A stretch of 61,884 bases of DNA, filler included, from Basidiobolus ranarum (Eukaryota), in assembly GCA_040143965.1 (NCBI GenBank). It is 19 parts of 19 records of this genome, joined end to end, with 100 filler letters (N's around TTAATTAATTAA, not from the genome) between each part and the next. Parts side by side here need not be neighbours in the genome. Positions count along the whole stretch, not along the records: positions 1 to 3,175 come from JASJQH010009551.1; positions 3,276 to 6,448 come from JASJQH010009552.1; positions 6,549 to 9,720 come from JASJQH010009553.1; positions 9,821 to 12,991 come from JASJQH010009554.1; 15 more parts are not named here. One strand, given 5' to 3'. A program made the translations under genes and the position numbers. Below, one piece after another: positions 1 through 12,991 of this stretch; position 1 is the first letter of the stretch; every line of letters starts with the position of its first letter. The notes below the pieces were generated by a model, which had not been told where the DNA came from, did no database searches, and saw nothing but the letters and a program-made list of their open reading frames with translations.

Positions 1-1963
1 AGTCTTCGCTTGATCGATGGCTGCTAACTCTCTAAAACGCCTGACCTCCTCTTCATAGGCACTACCACTTACAATTGCCGACCCTGTCTGACGACACACA
101 AGCTCGATGAAGGTTCTTTAGATTTAAAAATTAGAATCTTCGCATGGCCACAAATTGCAACATAGACAATGAAGTTATAGGAACTTACTCATAATCTTCA
201 TCGTATTCTCTCATATGGTTAAGGCCCATCACCACCACAACCAAAACCCCATCCTTGTAATTACCTATTATTGGACTCACCGCCACTTGTCTTGCGGGGG
301 CCTCCCACCCTCTTATTGGCACCTCGCCAAATACTTGATCTATATTAAATACTACAATCTTTCGCGTCGAGTGCGCACTTCGCACAGCTTCTTGTAATGG
401 ATGTGAACTCACAGGATGCGAGAGGCGTATTTCCGAGAAAAGCGATGGGTGTGAATCAGGCATTCCAATACTTTGTACTAGTCGTAGAAGATTTGGAGAT
501 GCTTTTTCTTTCAAAGCACTATCATAAAGCTCGTCAGATGAGTCCGTATGTATAACTGCATGTGTGTACATGACCGCAAAGGGTACATCGTAAGGGTTTT
601 TTAGCAGTACATTGCCAATCGAAGAGCAAACTTCATTAGCACTTTTGGCTTCGGCAGCTTCTGTGCCTATATCTCGAATCGTTTTTAGGCGTCGTTCCGA
701 AATGATACGTTTGGTCACCTCTATATATGGATTTAAGAAACCTCCTACGGTGCCATCCTCTTTACGAATTGGTATGTAAGACCACTAAGAGTAAATTAAG
801 CTTTTGAACTGGCTTGCATATATTTTTTAGATTAACTTGACTTACTGTGATATATGTTTCTTCCAAGTATCCCTTTCTAGTCATGAAAAGAAGGTTATCT
901 TCGACATAGGAGTTCGTCCCCTGCATTGCAAGTTCAGCTTTTGGGCCAATATCATCCCATATCTCTGCCCAATGTATCTGCCCTTGTTTCCCAAACATCG
1001 CAGGATGCTTCTGCCCAGCAACTCCGCGGTAAGAATCGTTACTGTAAAAGTGGCACTTTCATTAGTAGCGAAAAAGAGGCAGAATATGTTTGAGATTCTT
1101 GAAAATAGCCTACTAGATTATTGTAAACTTGGGGCCCCACCAGACCGCCATTGGGAGTGTGGATGCCATACAAAGTGATGCAGCTGTAAGGAAAGATTGA
1201 GGCCATTTGACAATAGGTCCCAATGGTGTATTATTCCAGTCGTAGTTTCGCAGCATTTCACCGGCGAAGCCCCCACCCGAGAGGATTCTTACCAGCTTTA
1301 TTACGTTGTATTGAGTTAATTGTCAAAAAATAAAGATTTGGAAGGAATTCCTACCTCCGGTACATTTTTCCAACTATCGTTAGATAATTTTGATGGTTCT
1401 TCCTTCTCTTCTTTAGTATTATTCTCAAATTGAGGCACTATTCCTTTTGGCATCATGATTACTGGTTCCAACTCGTTTGATACTTCTACGGATCCACCAG
1501 TGGAATGAACGATGCCAGTCAATACCACCGCTATCTGTTTAATATACACTGCGCTCCATTCTATCCTTATCCCCCTTCTCGACGGCCAAGGCTTCCGCTC
1601 ACTGTGTAAATTATTCACTTCGTCCACTGACTGTTGTTGATAAAGGTGAACAGTGCAAGTATTTTTTGAGGGGGAAGAACTCGACGTCACCTCCTGTAGC
1701 CAAGCTGAAATTGTATGACGGTACTTGGGTAATATCAAGTCGTGGAAGTTGCAAGTAGTCGATACCTTATTTATACCACAAAGGTTAAGTAGAATACTAT
1801 TAACATATAGGATGGGGAAAGAAATAGCTGAGATTGAGGTGTGGGAGGTGTATGGTAGAATGAGTGCGGGTTGACCTAAATAGCCCAGATAACTCTCCAA
1901 TGTTATAGGACTTGATAGGAGGGTTGTTGAAAAATTGTTGTTGAAATTCTCTGTAAATATCAT
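1..1963 (-). CDS. Hybrid sensor histidine kinase, N-terminal PAS/PAS/GAF region; 5 exons seen, 3'-truncated at the start of the HisKA domain
   Basis: The spliced translation gives YDWNNTPLGPIVKWPQSF...VWWGPKFTIIYNDSY...KHP...WAEIWDDIGP...RKGYLEETYITWSYIPIR...ERRLKTIRD and ends AYEEEVRRFRELAAIDQAKT, the helix leading into the H-box. Four GT-AG introns (the first is 1296..1354) keep the frame. Confidence 0.88.
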
Positions 1964-3175
1964 TGCTCTTAACGGAAATGATAACTAAAAACTCCAATGT
2001 ATGCTTTCTCTTGTTGATTATACTAAAGAAGATGTTAACGCACGGCAATTAATTTCAAGGTTATAACTGATTCTTATGGAAGATAACTTGTATCCATGAA
2101 GATTGAGAATCTTCAACTAGACTGCGTCCTAGCGAAATGTGGAGTGATTTTTATTCTAAAACGAATGACTCAACTCATCCTATTAAAAGCGGCAGTTGCC
2201 CCCTTTTTACATTCCAATAAAAGGCACGATATAGGTTTATATAAATATTATTATCCTTCACGAAAATGTGTACAGATTCACCAAGGTATGCCAACTCAGA
2301 TTTTGATCTGCCCTTGTATCACTTTTAATTGCTTATCCATTTCATGGGATATATCTAGAATTGAACTAAGCAACTGGAGTAGAAATATTGACAAAAAGTA
2401 CCACATCTCGCTTGATCTTTATGAGAGATGTAACTGGAATTATGAAACTTCGCAACACACTTCTACAAATCCATATTACATGATTGGTGCTGCACTAGAA
2501 CCCCAGTAAACTTCGGTCAAACAGTGTATTACTATGATCACAACTTGTGTTTTACAGCGCTCTGCTTATGTAGATCACGCATTCTGAACGGAATAGCGAT
2601 TGTATACAATTGGTGATAGATAGAATGATATATGTCAACTGAATAGTTCACCACAATAGCAACTAGCTGAACGCCACCTGATGATCCAGGCGAAACTTCC
2701 TTGAACGCTCGTTCGGCTCCAAGATGGTGAGGGCAGGCAAGATATCTTTGTGAAGAATCACTACTTACGTAAGGTCCGAGTTTGCTCATCATCCAAAAAC
2801 TAGGATCGTTCCAGGGAACGATCCAAAACTACCAGATATAGTTAAGTATGAGGAATTAATAAATCAGAAACATGAAACTATATGGTGATAGGACTTCCTT
2901 GATTGAGTGATTCGGCTATACCCATATGTATAAGTGACTTATCTATACCCCAGGAGGTTAGTGTTAGAATCTCTCAAGTCTGTCAATCTTATCAACTATA
3001 GGGAATCCCTTGGTATAAGGGATGCACCTGTCCAACTTGATCTGTTCTATGAGCTGTAGGTAAGACTTTCTCCAGGCTGACATACAACAACTCTTCTTCA
3101 GTATCTGCAAGAATAATACATACCATAAAAAGATCCTACTAGGTGTGACTAGGTGCTTCCTAATTGGAGTCTGAA

Positions 3176-3275
3176 NNNNNNNNNNNNNNNNNNNNNNNNN
3201 NNNNNNNNNNNNNNNNNNNTTAATTAATTAANNNNNNNNNNNNNNNNNNNNNNNNNNNNNNNNNNNNNNNNNNNN
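3176..3275. other. Artificial contig-joining linker (N44-TTAATTAATTAA-N44); first of 18 copies
   Basis: The identical 100-nt spacer, with stops in all six frames, starts at 3176, 6449, 9721, 12992, 16263, 19532, 22800, 26066, 29330, 32594, 35856, 39115, 42372, 45628, 48884, 52136, 55387 and 58636. Contig lengths fall from 3175 to 3149 bp. Confidence 0.99.
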
Positions 3276-4579
3276 CTTAAATTTTTTGACTCTCATTATG
3301 ACTGGAATACAAAGCCTAAAATATTTAAATAAAGGCATGCATATTAATTTGAATTCCTACAGCAGTAAACCCAGTAATTTGCCATTTGAAAATTAGATTT
3401 TTGCAAAAATTGCTGGCTATTGAATAACACATGCCAAATTTTAGGATCCATATTTTAACATGAATGAATACTCTCAAAATACCATCAAGAAACCAGCATC
3501 ACAGCAGAAAAATATCTGGCCAAATGGAAGCCACCAATATTGTGACAGTTCTCTTATGGTTATGCTATTTTGGAGAGTGGATCCAATCCAGATTAAATTG
3601 ATTTTATATTTGTTAGGGTTATTATCAGGAACAGCTATGTGTTGGTTTGCCCCGTTCATGGAAAGTCAATCTCCACTTCTTTTAAACTCCCTGGCCTTTC
3701 TTGCTGAACTGGAAGCTACATTTGGAAATGCAGATAAGGAAAGAGCTTCAGCCACCAAGCTCCATGCACTTAAATAAGGGTTGAAGCCTGCATCAACTTA
3801 TGCTACAGAATTCCACCTGCTTGCCTGTGATCCCAACTGGGGAGAATCTGCCCTGTTCAACCAATCCAATATGGATTGTGGGAAAATATGAAGGATTGTC
3901 ACTCACTATGGCTGACCCAGTGCCCTTGACTGATGCTATCCATCTGGTAGTTAAATGTGACAACTAGTTGTTTAAAAGACAACAACAAAGAAACATGGCT
4001 CCTTTCTTCTCTCCTTCCTCATATACTTTCTGACCTCCCTTCCATCAAACACAAATACAGCTCAAGTAGATGACCCAATGCAAATTGATAGAACTTGATT
4101 TAGAAAGCTTAGCCATAAGGAGAAATATTAACACCAACAAGAGAATCTATGCCTTCATAATGGAACTCCTGGAATGTACAAGAACCGGTTCAAAAAAGAA
4201 TCCTGGATTTAAAAGCAACAATATGCAGGTAGAACAGAACTCTTCCTAACCATTGGAAAACTTCAATGCCCAGCTGCAATAATGGGCATGCAGTTAGGTC
4301 AATCTTCTTCAAAAATGTTTTTTCACAATACATTGCAATTTCTGCAGTCATGCTAATCATTAAAGCTGCCCATTACACTCCTGCTACAAAACTCCAAGTC
4401 AATAAAAACAACTGCACTTCTGGATTCAGGTGCTTCCTCCTGTTTATTGCCTCTGCATTTGTCAAATCAGACTCCATCCTAACATTCAAGAATTCTAGTC
4501 CAGTCCTTGAAGAAGTAATTGCTTGAAGGCAGCTATCATTGGGAGCAGTAACACTTGAGACAACCTTCATGATACTCAT

Positions 4580-4861
4580 TGTTGAAATTATTTAGGGAGA
4601 AATATTGGTCTGGCCAGTATTTGAATCTGGGACCTCCTTCACTCTAGCAAGGTGCTCTAACCACTGAGCTACCAGTCCTTGTATGCTAAGCATATATTGC
4701 TAGGGAACCTTAACCTAGTCTGTCAATATATGGTACTTTGGCATTTCAGCTATACAAGCAACTGATTGGCCTTAGACTTTGTGTTCAGATGCAGTCATCA
4801 TGCTCCATATTTTCCACTTTGGGAATTACTGCTTGTACCACAAGTCACCGGACTTTCAACA
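4580..4861. mobile_element. 282-bp solo LTR (or TRIM LTR) inserted into the Gypsy protease region
   Basis: Begins TGTTGAAA and ends TTTCAACA (8-bp perfect inverted termini). Flanked by the 5-bp direct repeat CTCAT (4575-4579 and 4862-4866). Protease homology resumes on both sides. Confidence 0.88.
4606..4678 (-). tRNA. tRNA-like cloverleaf (probable pseudo-tRNA or Pol III promoter) inside the solo LTR; nominal anticodon AGA
   Basis: GGACTGG-TA-GCTC AGTGGTTA GAGC-A-CCTTG CTAGAGT GAAGG-AGGTC-CCAGA TTCAAAT ACTGG-CCAGACC-A: 73 nt with canonical spacing, an A box and a degenerate B box. One mismatch each in the acceptor, anticodon and T stems. Confidence 0.8.
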
Positions 4862-5534
4862 CTCATGTCCACTGCTCATCAAGAAGAAATAGCCTTCAAC
4901 ATCATTTGTTCACCTCAACACCCTGTCATCGGTGGTATCTCATGGCTCATGCAGCACAATCCTGTAATCAACTGGAAGAAGAAGACTATCACATTCATGC
5001 AAGCTCCATCTCCTAGTCCATATTTGCCTCCCTGCAAAGTATTCAACTCATCATCAGCCCAAATCCTCAAAACATCTATGAAGCCAATATCCATTGAGAG
5101 CATTGCTGAAGAGCTGAAACCAACAAAACCTAAGATTCATAAGTTCCACCCAAATACTTAGCCTTTGCTGATGTCTTTGACAGGAAGACATCCAATATAC
5201 TCCCAGCTCACCACCCATATGATTAGCCAATAGATCAACAAGAAGGAAAAAAATCACCTTTTGGGCCTATCAATGGGCTGATCCAGCCAGAACTCAATAT
5301 TCTACAAGAACATATTGCCAAACTTGAGAAATTTGAATTTGACCAAGCTCAAGTTGAATTCCTAGGATATAACATCAGTCCATCAGGCATCTCCATGGAT
5401 CTTAAGAAGGACGAATCTGTACTGTCTTGGGATACTCTGAAGAATGTGAAGGATGTTCAATCTTTTAATGGATTTGCAAACTTTTACCAACAGTTTGTCA
5501 AGAACTACTCCAAAATATCTCCTCCATTAATAAA

Positions 5535-6448
5535 CCCCTAACAGAAACTTGAGGATTGTTATTGACAGAAAACCATCACAATTTTAATCCATTTGGGATT
5601 GACCATTTACATACCATTATAAATTATCAAGTCATATTTGATTTTAATCAATTTTTTCTGTTTCAGGAGTGAAATCTCAAGATCTTGCAAATAGCTGCAC
5701 ATGATTGGCTACAATCTCTGAGAACTATGGATCAACACATGTGCAAAAAATGTGACTCAAACTTTGCACATATACCACTTGAAAGCTAATTTGTCACCAT
5801 TGAAATCCCTAGTTTCTTTGATATATTTTCCTGAATGTTTTTATAGAGTTCTTCAAACCTAACGTTTAGCTTATATCCAACACCAGTTTGTATCAGTATC
5901 TCTATCAATGCCCATCATTGTATTAATGTTGCCTAATCAACATTCTTCCAGCTATCTGGAGGATACTCTGCAATATTGTGCCACTGTGTCTTAAGTTCTT
6001 CCAAGATATCTGTACAGACAACGCCAGACTGAGTGTCAGGTCAAATGTTCCTCTCCTGAAGCCACTTTTGGCATACTTGCATTGCAGTTTTCCCTTCACG
6101 CTTTTGAAAATAATCCTCCAGCACTTTGACTATTTTTATATATCCTTGTAGTATAACACTACTGAGGGTGATCTGCTGTTTTTGCACAGCTTTTTGCATG
6201 TCTTTAACTTTGGGGCTAATTTTGACACTTTGAAAAGTATCAATTGAGGACAGAGAGCTGTGAGTTTTATTTACTGCTGTTTTGGTTTGTTGAGAGATGC
6301 CAGGTGTTGCATAAACTTCTAAATTTAGCACTCTTCCAACCAATGTACCTGGCTCCATAGTGAAATTAGCTTTTTTGCCAATATATATGACTCTGGAAAA
6401 AGAGATCTTCATAATGGAGTAAAAATTTGGTAAATGGGACAGTAGAGC
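5535..6448 (-). repeat. Copy 1 of a decayed, intron-containing multicopy ORF of unknown family
   Basis: Aligns along about 590 bp with 54070-54662 (YFQK.E.K.A.Q.CQKWLQ...WHNI...DSWKNVD). Carries a 77-nt GT-AG intron at 5538..5614. Several in-frame stops. Confidence 0.8.
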
Positions 6449-6548
6449 NNNNNNNNNNNNNNNNNNNNNNNNNNNNNNNNNNNNNNNNNNNNTTAATTAA
6501 TTAANNNNNNNNNNNNNNNNNNNNNNNNNNNNNNNNNNNNNNNNNNNN

Positions 6549-6833
6549 AAAGACAGCGCCGAACCCACTACTGGAAATCAAGCTATAGAGAGGCCGCCAC
6601 AATATACGCGTCGGAGTTCTCAACCAACCATGCCCCTCCAAGTGGTTAAAGAAATTGAAGATGTGGTTTACGGTAGAGTTTCATCTACAATTGAGCGTCC
6701 AGCTGCTTCCTTTCATCCCAACCAACAAGAGGAGCTTCCAGGGTATTCAACAGGGCCTACAACCACCAATGCATCAAATTCTACATTGACCCCATATGGT
6801 CTTAACAATGAAACTTCTATGTTACAGACGTGA
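6549..6833 (+). CDS. C-terminal end of a protein with two PY motifs (possible Rsp5/Nedd4 adaptor such as an alpha-arrestin); 5'-truncated
   Basis: Open frame from the contig edge to TGA, containing PPQY and LPGY in a low-complexity tail. Followed by an AT-rich 3' region convergent with the next gene. Confidence 0.5.
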   Translation, partial: KDSAEPTTGNQAIERPPQYTRRSSQPTMPLQVVKEIEDVVYGRVSSTIERPAASFHPNQQEELPGYSTGPTTTNASNSTLTPYGLNNETSMLQT

Positions 6834-7137
6834 AACGTCTAAATCGTTTCCCACTACTACACATAACAAACTAGTAGGGGTTCTTAAGAAACATCTTGTA
6901 CCTGTAAATAATAATGTAAATGACTGTAAACACCGTTTAAGGTACTAAATTACTAATAAGATATTAAATTGTATTTTATTCTCCGAAAAAACTGTGTCAT
7001 GCTTGAATTTCCTTCGAATATAGGGAATACATACCAATAGTTACACTATAACGAGGCGAGATATGTTGGGTGATCGTGTCAATTTTATTTCAGGATCAAA
7101 ATGAAAGGTATTGAATGAGTACAAGTGGCAAAATAGA

Positions 7138-8035
7138 TTAGCTTTTACCTCCCGTTAACATGCCAACAATGCTTGGAATATCAACAGAGGCAAGACTATT
7201 CGAATCAATTGGGCAGTCAAAGTCTACATTATTACTGATGGTCGGCTTGTAGCCTGTCCAACTGATCAATGAAATATCTAAAGTAGCATCATACTTGATG
7301 TTGATCTTTCCTTTGGGAACGCCATTGATGAAGCCACATTTGCCAAGCAAATCTGTCAAAGCCTGTGATGAGCCTGGCTCGGTAGCATTGTAGACTAAGG
7401 TAAAAGGTAATTGGAAATCTGTGGCTCCCTTAGCCTGGAATGATACAGGTTGTACTAAGGCACCAGTTCCAACTTTGACGTCTTGTTTGTTGACTGTATA
7501 TTTACCCTAAAGAGTTGGACAAAAGAATTTAGTAATGTGCAGTGGAGGTCTGTATACATAGAGAGGTACTTACCACCACAGCGATATTTTTCATCTTGAT
7601 GCCAATATAGTTTGGATTTTCCACATGCAGGTTTAATTTGGCGTCGATCTTTAGGTTAATATCAGAGAGGCTCTTCACCGTCAACAATTGATTTTTGATT
7701 TGATTGGGGTCATCAAAGGTTACGTTTTTGAAATCTACTTGAGGGACACCGCGAGGCCAGCAAAAATAAGCAGCAACACCAATACCAGCTAATATTAACA
7801 ATAGCACCACACAACAACCAATCTTGGAACTACGGCTTTGACAACAGCAACAGCAGCGACGCTTTCTGGCTTTCTCGGAAGGCGGGCTAAGTTCATACTG
7901 CTGACGGTTGTAGTCATAGTCATTATGACCGCTAGTTTGCTGAGTATGATAATTTTGATACTGGTGCTCGTGATTTCCTTCTTCGTCTCTTAAATTTAAA
8001 AAGCCTTTCTTGGCTGGGTTGTTAATGTGACTCAT
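7138..8035 (-). CDS. Single-pass membrane protein with a LEA_2 (NDR1/HIN1-like) domain, 276 aa
   Basis: Exons 7574..8035 and 7138..7506, intron 7507..7573 (GTAAGT...TAG). A Cys-rich RRCCCCC segment and a TM helix precede WPR.P and the V.NPN.IGI motif; the C-terminus has the KCG...FDCP pattern. Confidence 0.85.
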
Positions 8036-9820
8036 GTCGAGAGAGATGGCTTGTCGTTGGGAAGAAATACAATAATATACAGTGAATTTTCAGGAGTTAC
8101 AGTGAAAATTGGTAACTAAATAAAATGCTCACAGCGGAAGGTTGAGTTTACAGGTGAGCAGAGGAGAGGAGAGCAGAGTTAATTAGTAAAGCACCAGGGA
8201 CGAGGTAAGATTTATAAGCATTTGGAGGCGCCCAGAATGGTTTATTTATCTCCGTACATTAGAATTGGCCATCATTGGCCATCGGGCTTTACAGCTGGCC
8301 AACATTTAATTAATAAATGAGTAAGAATTTATTCTGACTCACTGGAGAATCAATGATGCTAACTCTCAATGCATCATTCGGGTATCTCATTATAGAAATT
8401 CTCTGCTACTGGTCTCTATCAGATGCAGGATTTGTTAAACATAAATAGTTATTTTTGCCAACGAATTAAAGCGGAATAGGATATTGACAAGTTCCACAGG
8501 GTGAGAATCGTTTGAGATACGAGTGTTTTTCATTAGACTACGAAATTCTTGGCAAATTTCCTGATATGAGTTGCCAGAAATGGATTACTTTAATCTATTT
8601 TTAAAACTGGGTCTCTTGTTCACCCGCCCATTAGCTTAATCAATAGTGCGGCGAAGCATTTCTGAACAATGGAATGTTTTGTGTGCAGAAAGCAGCCTTT
8701 GTGGCCTTGGTGTCCTCTTTTGTAGCGATGCGTCTTGCCCCTTCGGTGGCCCCGCTCACCTGAAATAGTGTCTTGTCTACAAATAGCGACACGTACATCA
8801 GGTTGATCAAAGCTTGAATGTGCTTCATAATTCATTTAGTTGGCACATCGTCACTCTGATAGGTGAGGATGATTGGAGTTGGACTCTATTTTTGGACGTT
8901 TCCATCTTGATATGGTCCATATGAAATTGTGTTGGACCGCTTCTTTTACTGCATTGGCGTCAGCGCCAGAAAAGTACTACCGCCAAATAATCGAAGCACT
9001 CTTCGATGATAATCAGACTGATCGTAGACAATATGTCTAATGATGTCTGGTAGCCCTTGTTTCGGAGATAAATAGAGTGAACATTCACTCAAATTAGTGG
9101 TTGAGGTGATGTTATGTCTAACACAGAGCCAACTTATGGTAAATAGATTGAAAAGTTCATATGCCACTTTTTTTTCCTCCTAAATGTCACACAGCGTCAA
9201 CCGAACTTTGAGGTACTCGCGCCAGTTTTATTGTGTATTACGTTAACCATAAAGATTTAGTCGATTCTTAACCAGTACTTGGAGTATATATACTTAAGTA
9301 TGTGAGGATTCTTCTATACATCTTTGTGCCCATATGATTGCAATGATGCGTAATCTGTGTCGCTGTTTTTCGCGGGGATATTGGACACTTGATCAAAGAC
9401 TTCATTTATGCGTATGTGACGAAAGGTGTCATCTAATACTTTAGAACTTGTTTACCATTCATTCAACCAAGAATTTAAAGTTGTTCTTTGATCCATTTAG
9501 GATTATATTGGGTACTCAATCCATTACCCTTGGCCACTGAATTTCAATTAGTCATCAGAAGCATTCTAGGACTAAGCTTATCTACAGTACTTTGATTAAC
9601 TGCTTGTTCCTGTTGAAATTAGCTTTGCCTAAACACCTATATAGTCATATATAGCTTAGTACTTAGTTATCTTATAATTCACTAAGATATTATCCATTAT
9701 TCTCATAAGGAATTTACTTANNNNNNNNNNNNNNNNNNNNNNNNNNNNNNNNNNNNNNNNNNNNTTAATTAATTAANNNNNNNNNNNNNNNNNNNNNNNN
9801 NNNNNNNNNNNNNNNNNNNN

Positions 9821-12696
9821 TATCAATTAGATCACTTTTACCAATTTTCACTATTTTCTCAAAACTTCTCCAAATCACCTCAAATTTTCACCCATGCTTA
9901 ACAGGCATGTTTGTTATGATCTAAGCATGTCTAATAGTCCTATTTCATAGTAAACTGTAAATACAACATATTCCATCCAATAAAACTTAAGTATCTAATT
10001 CACAAATCCAAATCTTGCCCAAAACACTTCCAAATCCCCGAAACACTTTGATCAGTAAAGGCACAGCTGCTCTCAATGTAAGACCAAAAGTCAGCCACAC
10101 CAGTTGCAACATTGGATGATGTACTCTATGTAACAAAAATAGTAAAGAATTTAATCTCAGTAGGCCAGCTACCACCTGAGAACTAAATCTTGTGTTCATC
10201 AAGGCTGAATGCACTATTACAGAGCAGATTAAACCAGATTAGCTACCGGGATGAAAGCTAAAAACTTATACAAACTGAAATTCAACAATCTGAATTTTGA
10301 GCATGCAAACTTGGCAAAAACCAGTGAAATAAGCTCACGTACATGGCACAGAGGATTAGGTCTCATTGGGAAGGAAAAACTGGCCCAAATGAAGCAAAAT
10401 CAGCCTGTTTCAGGCTTAGCAAATTAAAAATATCACTAAATTGGATCTGTGTGATGGGTGCTTCAATATAAAACATCATTGACAGCTGTATTCAAGCTTT
10501 GGAGAGATTGTATTACTATAAATCTTGCCCTGAATCATTCTGACCTATATGTGCTGCACAAAAAACAGCTTGCTAGGCACCAAAAGGTACTATATGGCCA
10601 TAATTGAAGACAAAATAAGATATACTTGGGTATTCTTTCTCAAATCAAAACATGAATTCTTAGCCACAATTGAGCACAACAACAAAATGGTAGAGAAAGA
10701 TTTAATGCAGAACATAAGGGTACTAAGGTGTGATAGTGGTGGAGAAGGAATAAACAACTGTACCTTATATTCCACAGCAAGACACAGTTGCAGAATGTCC
10801 TAACAGAGCCATAGTGGAGATTGCAAGAGCAATGCTACATGATCCAAAGTTTGATTACAAACATCTGGCTGAATCTGTCTCCACTCCAGTTTATGTAAAA
10901 AACAGATGCGCAACAAGATTGCAACAAGCATCTACTGCATTTAAAGCCCTATATGGTTCAAAACCAAGTGTGAGTCATCTCAGGATCTTTGGTTGCATCA
11001 CATATTGCCTAATTCAGGCTTAAAAATGCTCTAATTAGAATCCAAGAACAGTAAATGCTTATTTTGTGGCTACTGTGATGGATCTAAGGCCCACAGACTG
11101 TTTAATACAAATAAGTAGAAGTTTAATGAGTGTAGGTATGTGAACTTTGATGAAAAAGCAAGATTTTTATCTCAAATCACAGTTCTTGATCCAGAAAACC
11201 CAATTGGCACTATTCTGGAAATGCCTGACTAATTTGCAGCTATATCCAAGCCCTAGTCAGCTGAAATTCCAGTCCCAATTGCATAAGAGAATGAGTTAGG
11301 ACCTAGAAAATCATATGGAAGGAGAAATATGCTAGGGAACTGGCTGAACACTTCCAATGATGATTTATATGCTTATGCAGCATTTGGCTACATGCCACAT
11401 ACTTGAGATCAAGGAGTGTTGAGAGGAAAAAGTATGGGAAAAAGAAATGTCTGATGAGGTTTGTTCACTTCAGGACCACAAAACATGGGTTTTAAGTCCT
11501 ATACAATCAGTATGAAAGCTAATAGGTTGCAACTGATCTATAGACTCAAAAACCAACCTGATGTAACCATAGAAAAATTCAAAGCAAGATTAGTTTCAAA
11601 TGGCTTTAACTAGACTCCAGCAATTAATTTTAATGAAAAAATTGCTCTAGTAGCTAAACATGGTGCCATTAGCCCAATCTAGACACTTTCAGCCATCAAT
11701 AACTTTGGTTTACATCTTACGGATTTCAAAACAGCTGCTCTATAAATACACATACAAGAAGAAATTTATATGGAGCAATATGATGCATTTTTGTACTCAA
11801 AACACCCTGACATGGTCTGAAAGCTGCAACAATTGCTATAATGACTCAAGCAAGCACCCAGAGCATTGTAAAGCAAGGTAAATACCTTTTGCAACCACTG
11901 CAATAACCAAAAAGCACAGCTGATCACATTATTCTAATCTAGGCAACTCATAATTGGATCCATATCTGGGCATGTTCTGTGAAGGACTAGATTATAGCAA
12001 CATATGAGCTGGAAGAATTTTCTCAGACAAGAAGCAGCCTATTAAATCAATTCCACATGACTGATATGGGTGATTTAAGTTATTTCTTTGGAGCAAACCA
12101 AGAGAGATGAGCCAATCAGAAAATCATGCTGAATTGGTCTATATATATCCTAGACATCCAAGATATATTCTGTAAACTGCAAAATTGCTATATCAACTCT
12201 AGCAAGAACCCAGGGCATTGTAAAACAAGATAGATACCTATTTGTAATCATTGGAACTTGAAAATGGACAGCAGATTGCAGTATTTCCATCCAAACAACT
12301 GGAAATTGTGACTTTAGCTTTGACTTGATCATAGCCACAAATTATCTAAAAGCACTTAAGCAGATAAAAAGCAGCTTATCAAACCAATTTTGGATGAAAC
12401 ACATGGGTGAATTAAGATATTTTCTTAAGATCCAAATTAAGAGAGAAACAATTCCAAAGATAATGCTGAAACAGTCTAGACACATGCTAGACATCCAAAT
12501 ATGCTCCAACATGGCTAATAGCAAGCTTGTATCAACATCAATTGATTGCAATGTGAAATTAATCAAAGTTTCATCTGTTTTAAACCAAAAAAGCTCCAAT
12601 CAAAGCCAGGTATTTGAAAGGAACTGTAGATATAGTTCTTGAATGCACTGGTGCTGCTGGCACACAAAATTTTGCAGTGCTTGATGAGGCAGACTG
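9821..12696 (+). mobile_element. Highly degenerate Ty1/Copia family A (3' part of the LTR, gag deleted, integrase and RT remnants)
   Basis: 9821-10052 matches the LTRs at 21240-21591 and 57128-57479. Integrase remnants (DSGGE, HLRIFGC) and RT remnants are collinear with 42472-45627. Confidence 0.9.
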
Positions 12697-12872
12697 TGTC
12701 ATGATTCTGATCTTGGCATACTGATCCACTGCTAATAGAACTCTTTTATTATTAGATTATGACATCATATCTGCTGTGCCATCCCTTCTTGGCAATCTGG
12801 TGGTAGTTCATCCAGATTACCTTATATGGAAGTCATGTTCTTTGGAACATTCCATGAAACCTAACCAATCAT
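12697..12872 (+). mobile_element. 5' part of the chromovirus (Gypsy) LTR
   Basis: Near-identical to 16691-16866; starts TGTCATGATTCTGATC. Confidence 0.9.
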
Positions 12873-12991
12873 TGTTGAAGTTTATTGTCTTTATCATATT
12901 TGTTATCTCTATCTTAATACACCTAACTATTTCATATATCACAAATAAGTTAGTTAACATTATTTAGCCAAATATCACTTAGCTGAAAGTT
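12873..12991 (+). mobile_element. LTR family D fragment inserted in the Gypsy LTR
   Basis: Starts TGTTGAAG; reverse-complement match to 17250-17363. Confidence 0.7.

Larger units (their letters stand above)
3440..5534 (+). mobile_element. Degenerate Ty3/Gypsy internal region (gag, aspartic protease, partial RT), internally deleted
   Basis: Gag WFAPFMESQSPLL...ELEATFG; protease ALLDSGA and WLMQHNPVINWK; RT/connection EFLGYNISPSGISMD...VQSFNGFANFYQQFVKNYSKI. Many stops and frameshifts. Confidence 0.9.

Noticed and set aside
3220-3231. TTAATTAATTAA recurring every ~3.26 kb as a possible biological periodic repeat or array
   Set aside because: It is always centred in exactly 44+44 Ns; this is a six-frame-stop assembly linker.
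4641-4647. CTA in the anticodon loop of the LTR tRNA as an amber suppressor explaining the TAG codons
   Set aside because: In the canonical fold CTA occupies positions 32-34 and the anticodon is AGA. Shifting the register breaks the stem, and the copy has mismatches in three stems.
8620-9167. Short overlapping minus-strand ORFs
   Set aside because: No recognisable domain and no consistent splice model.
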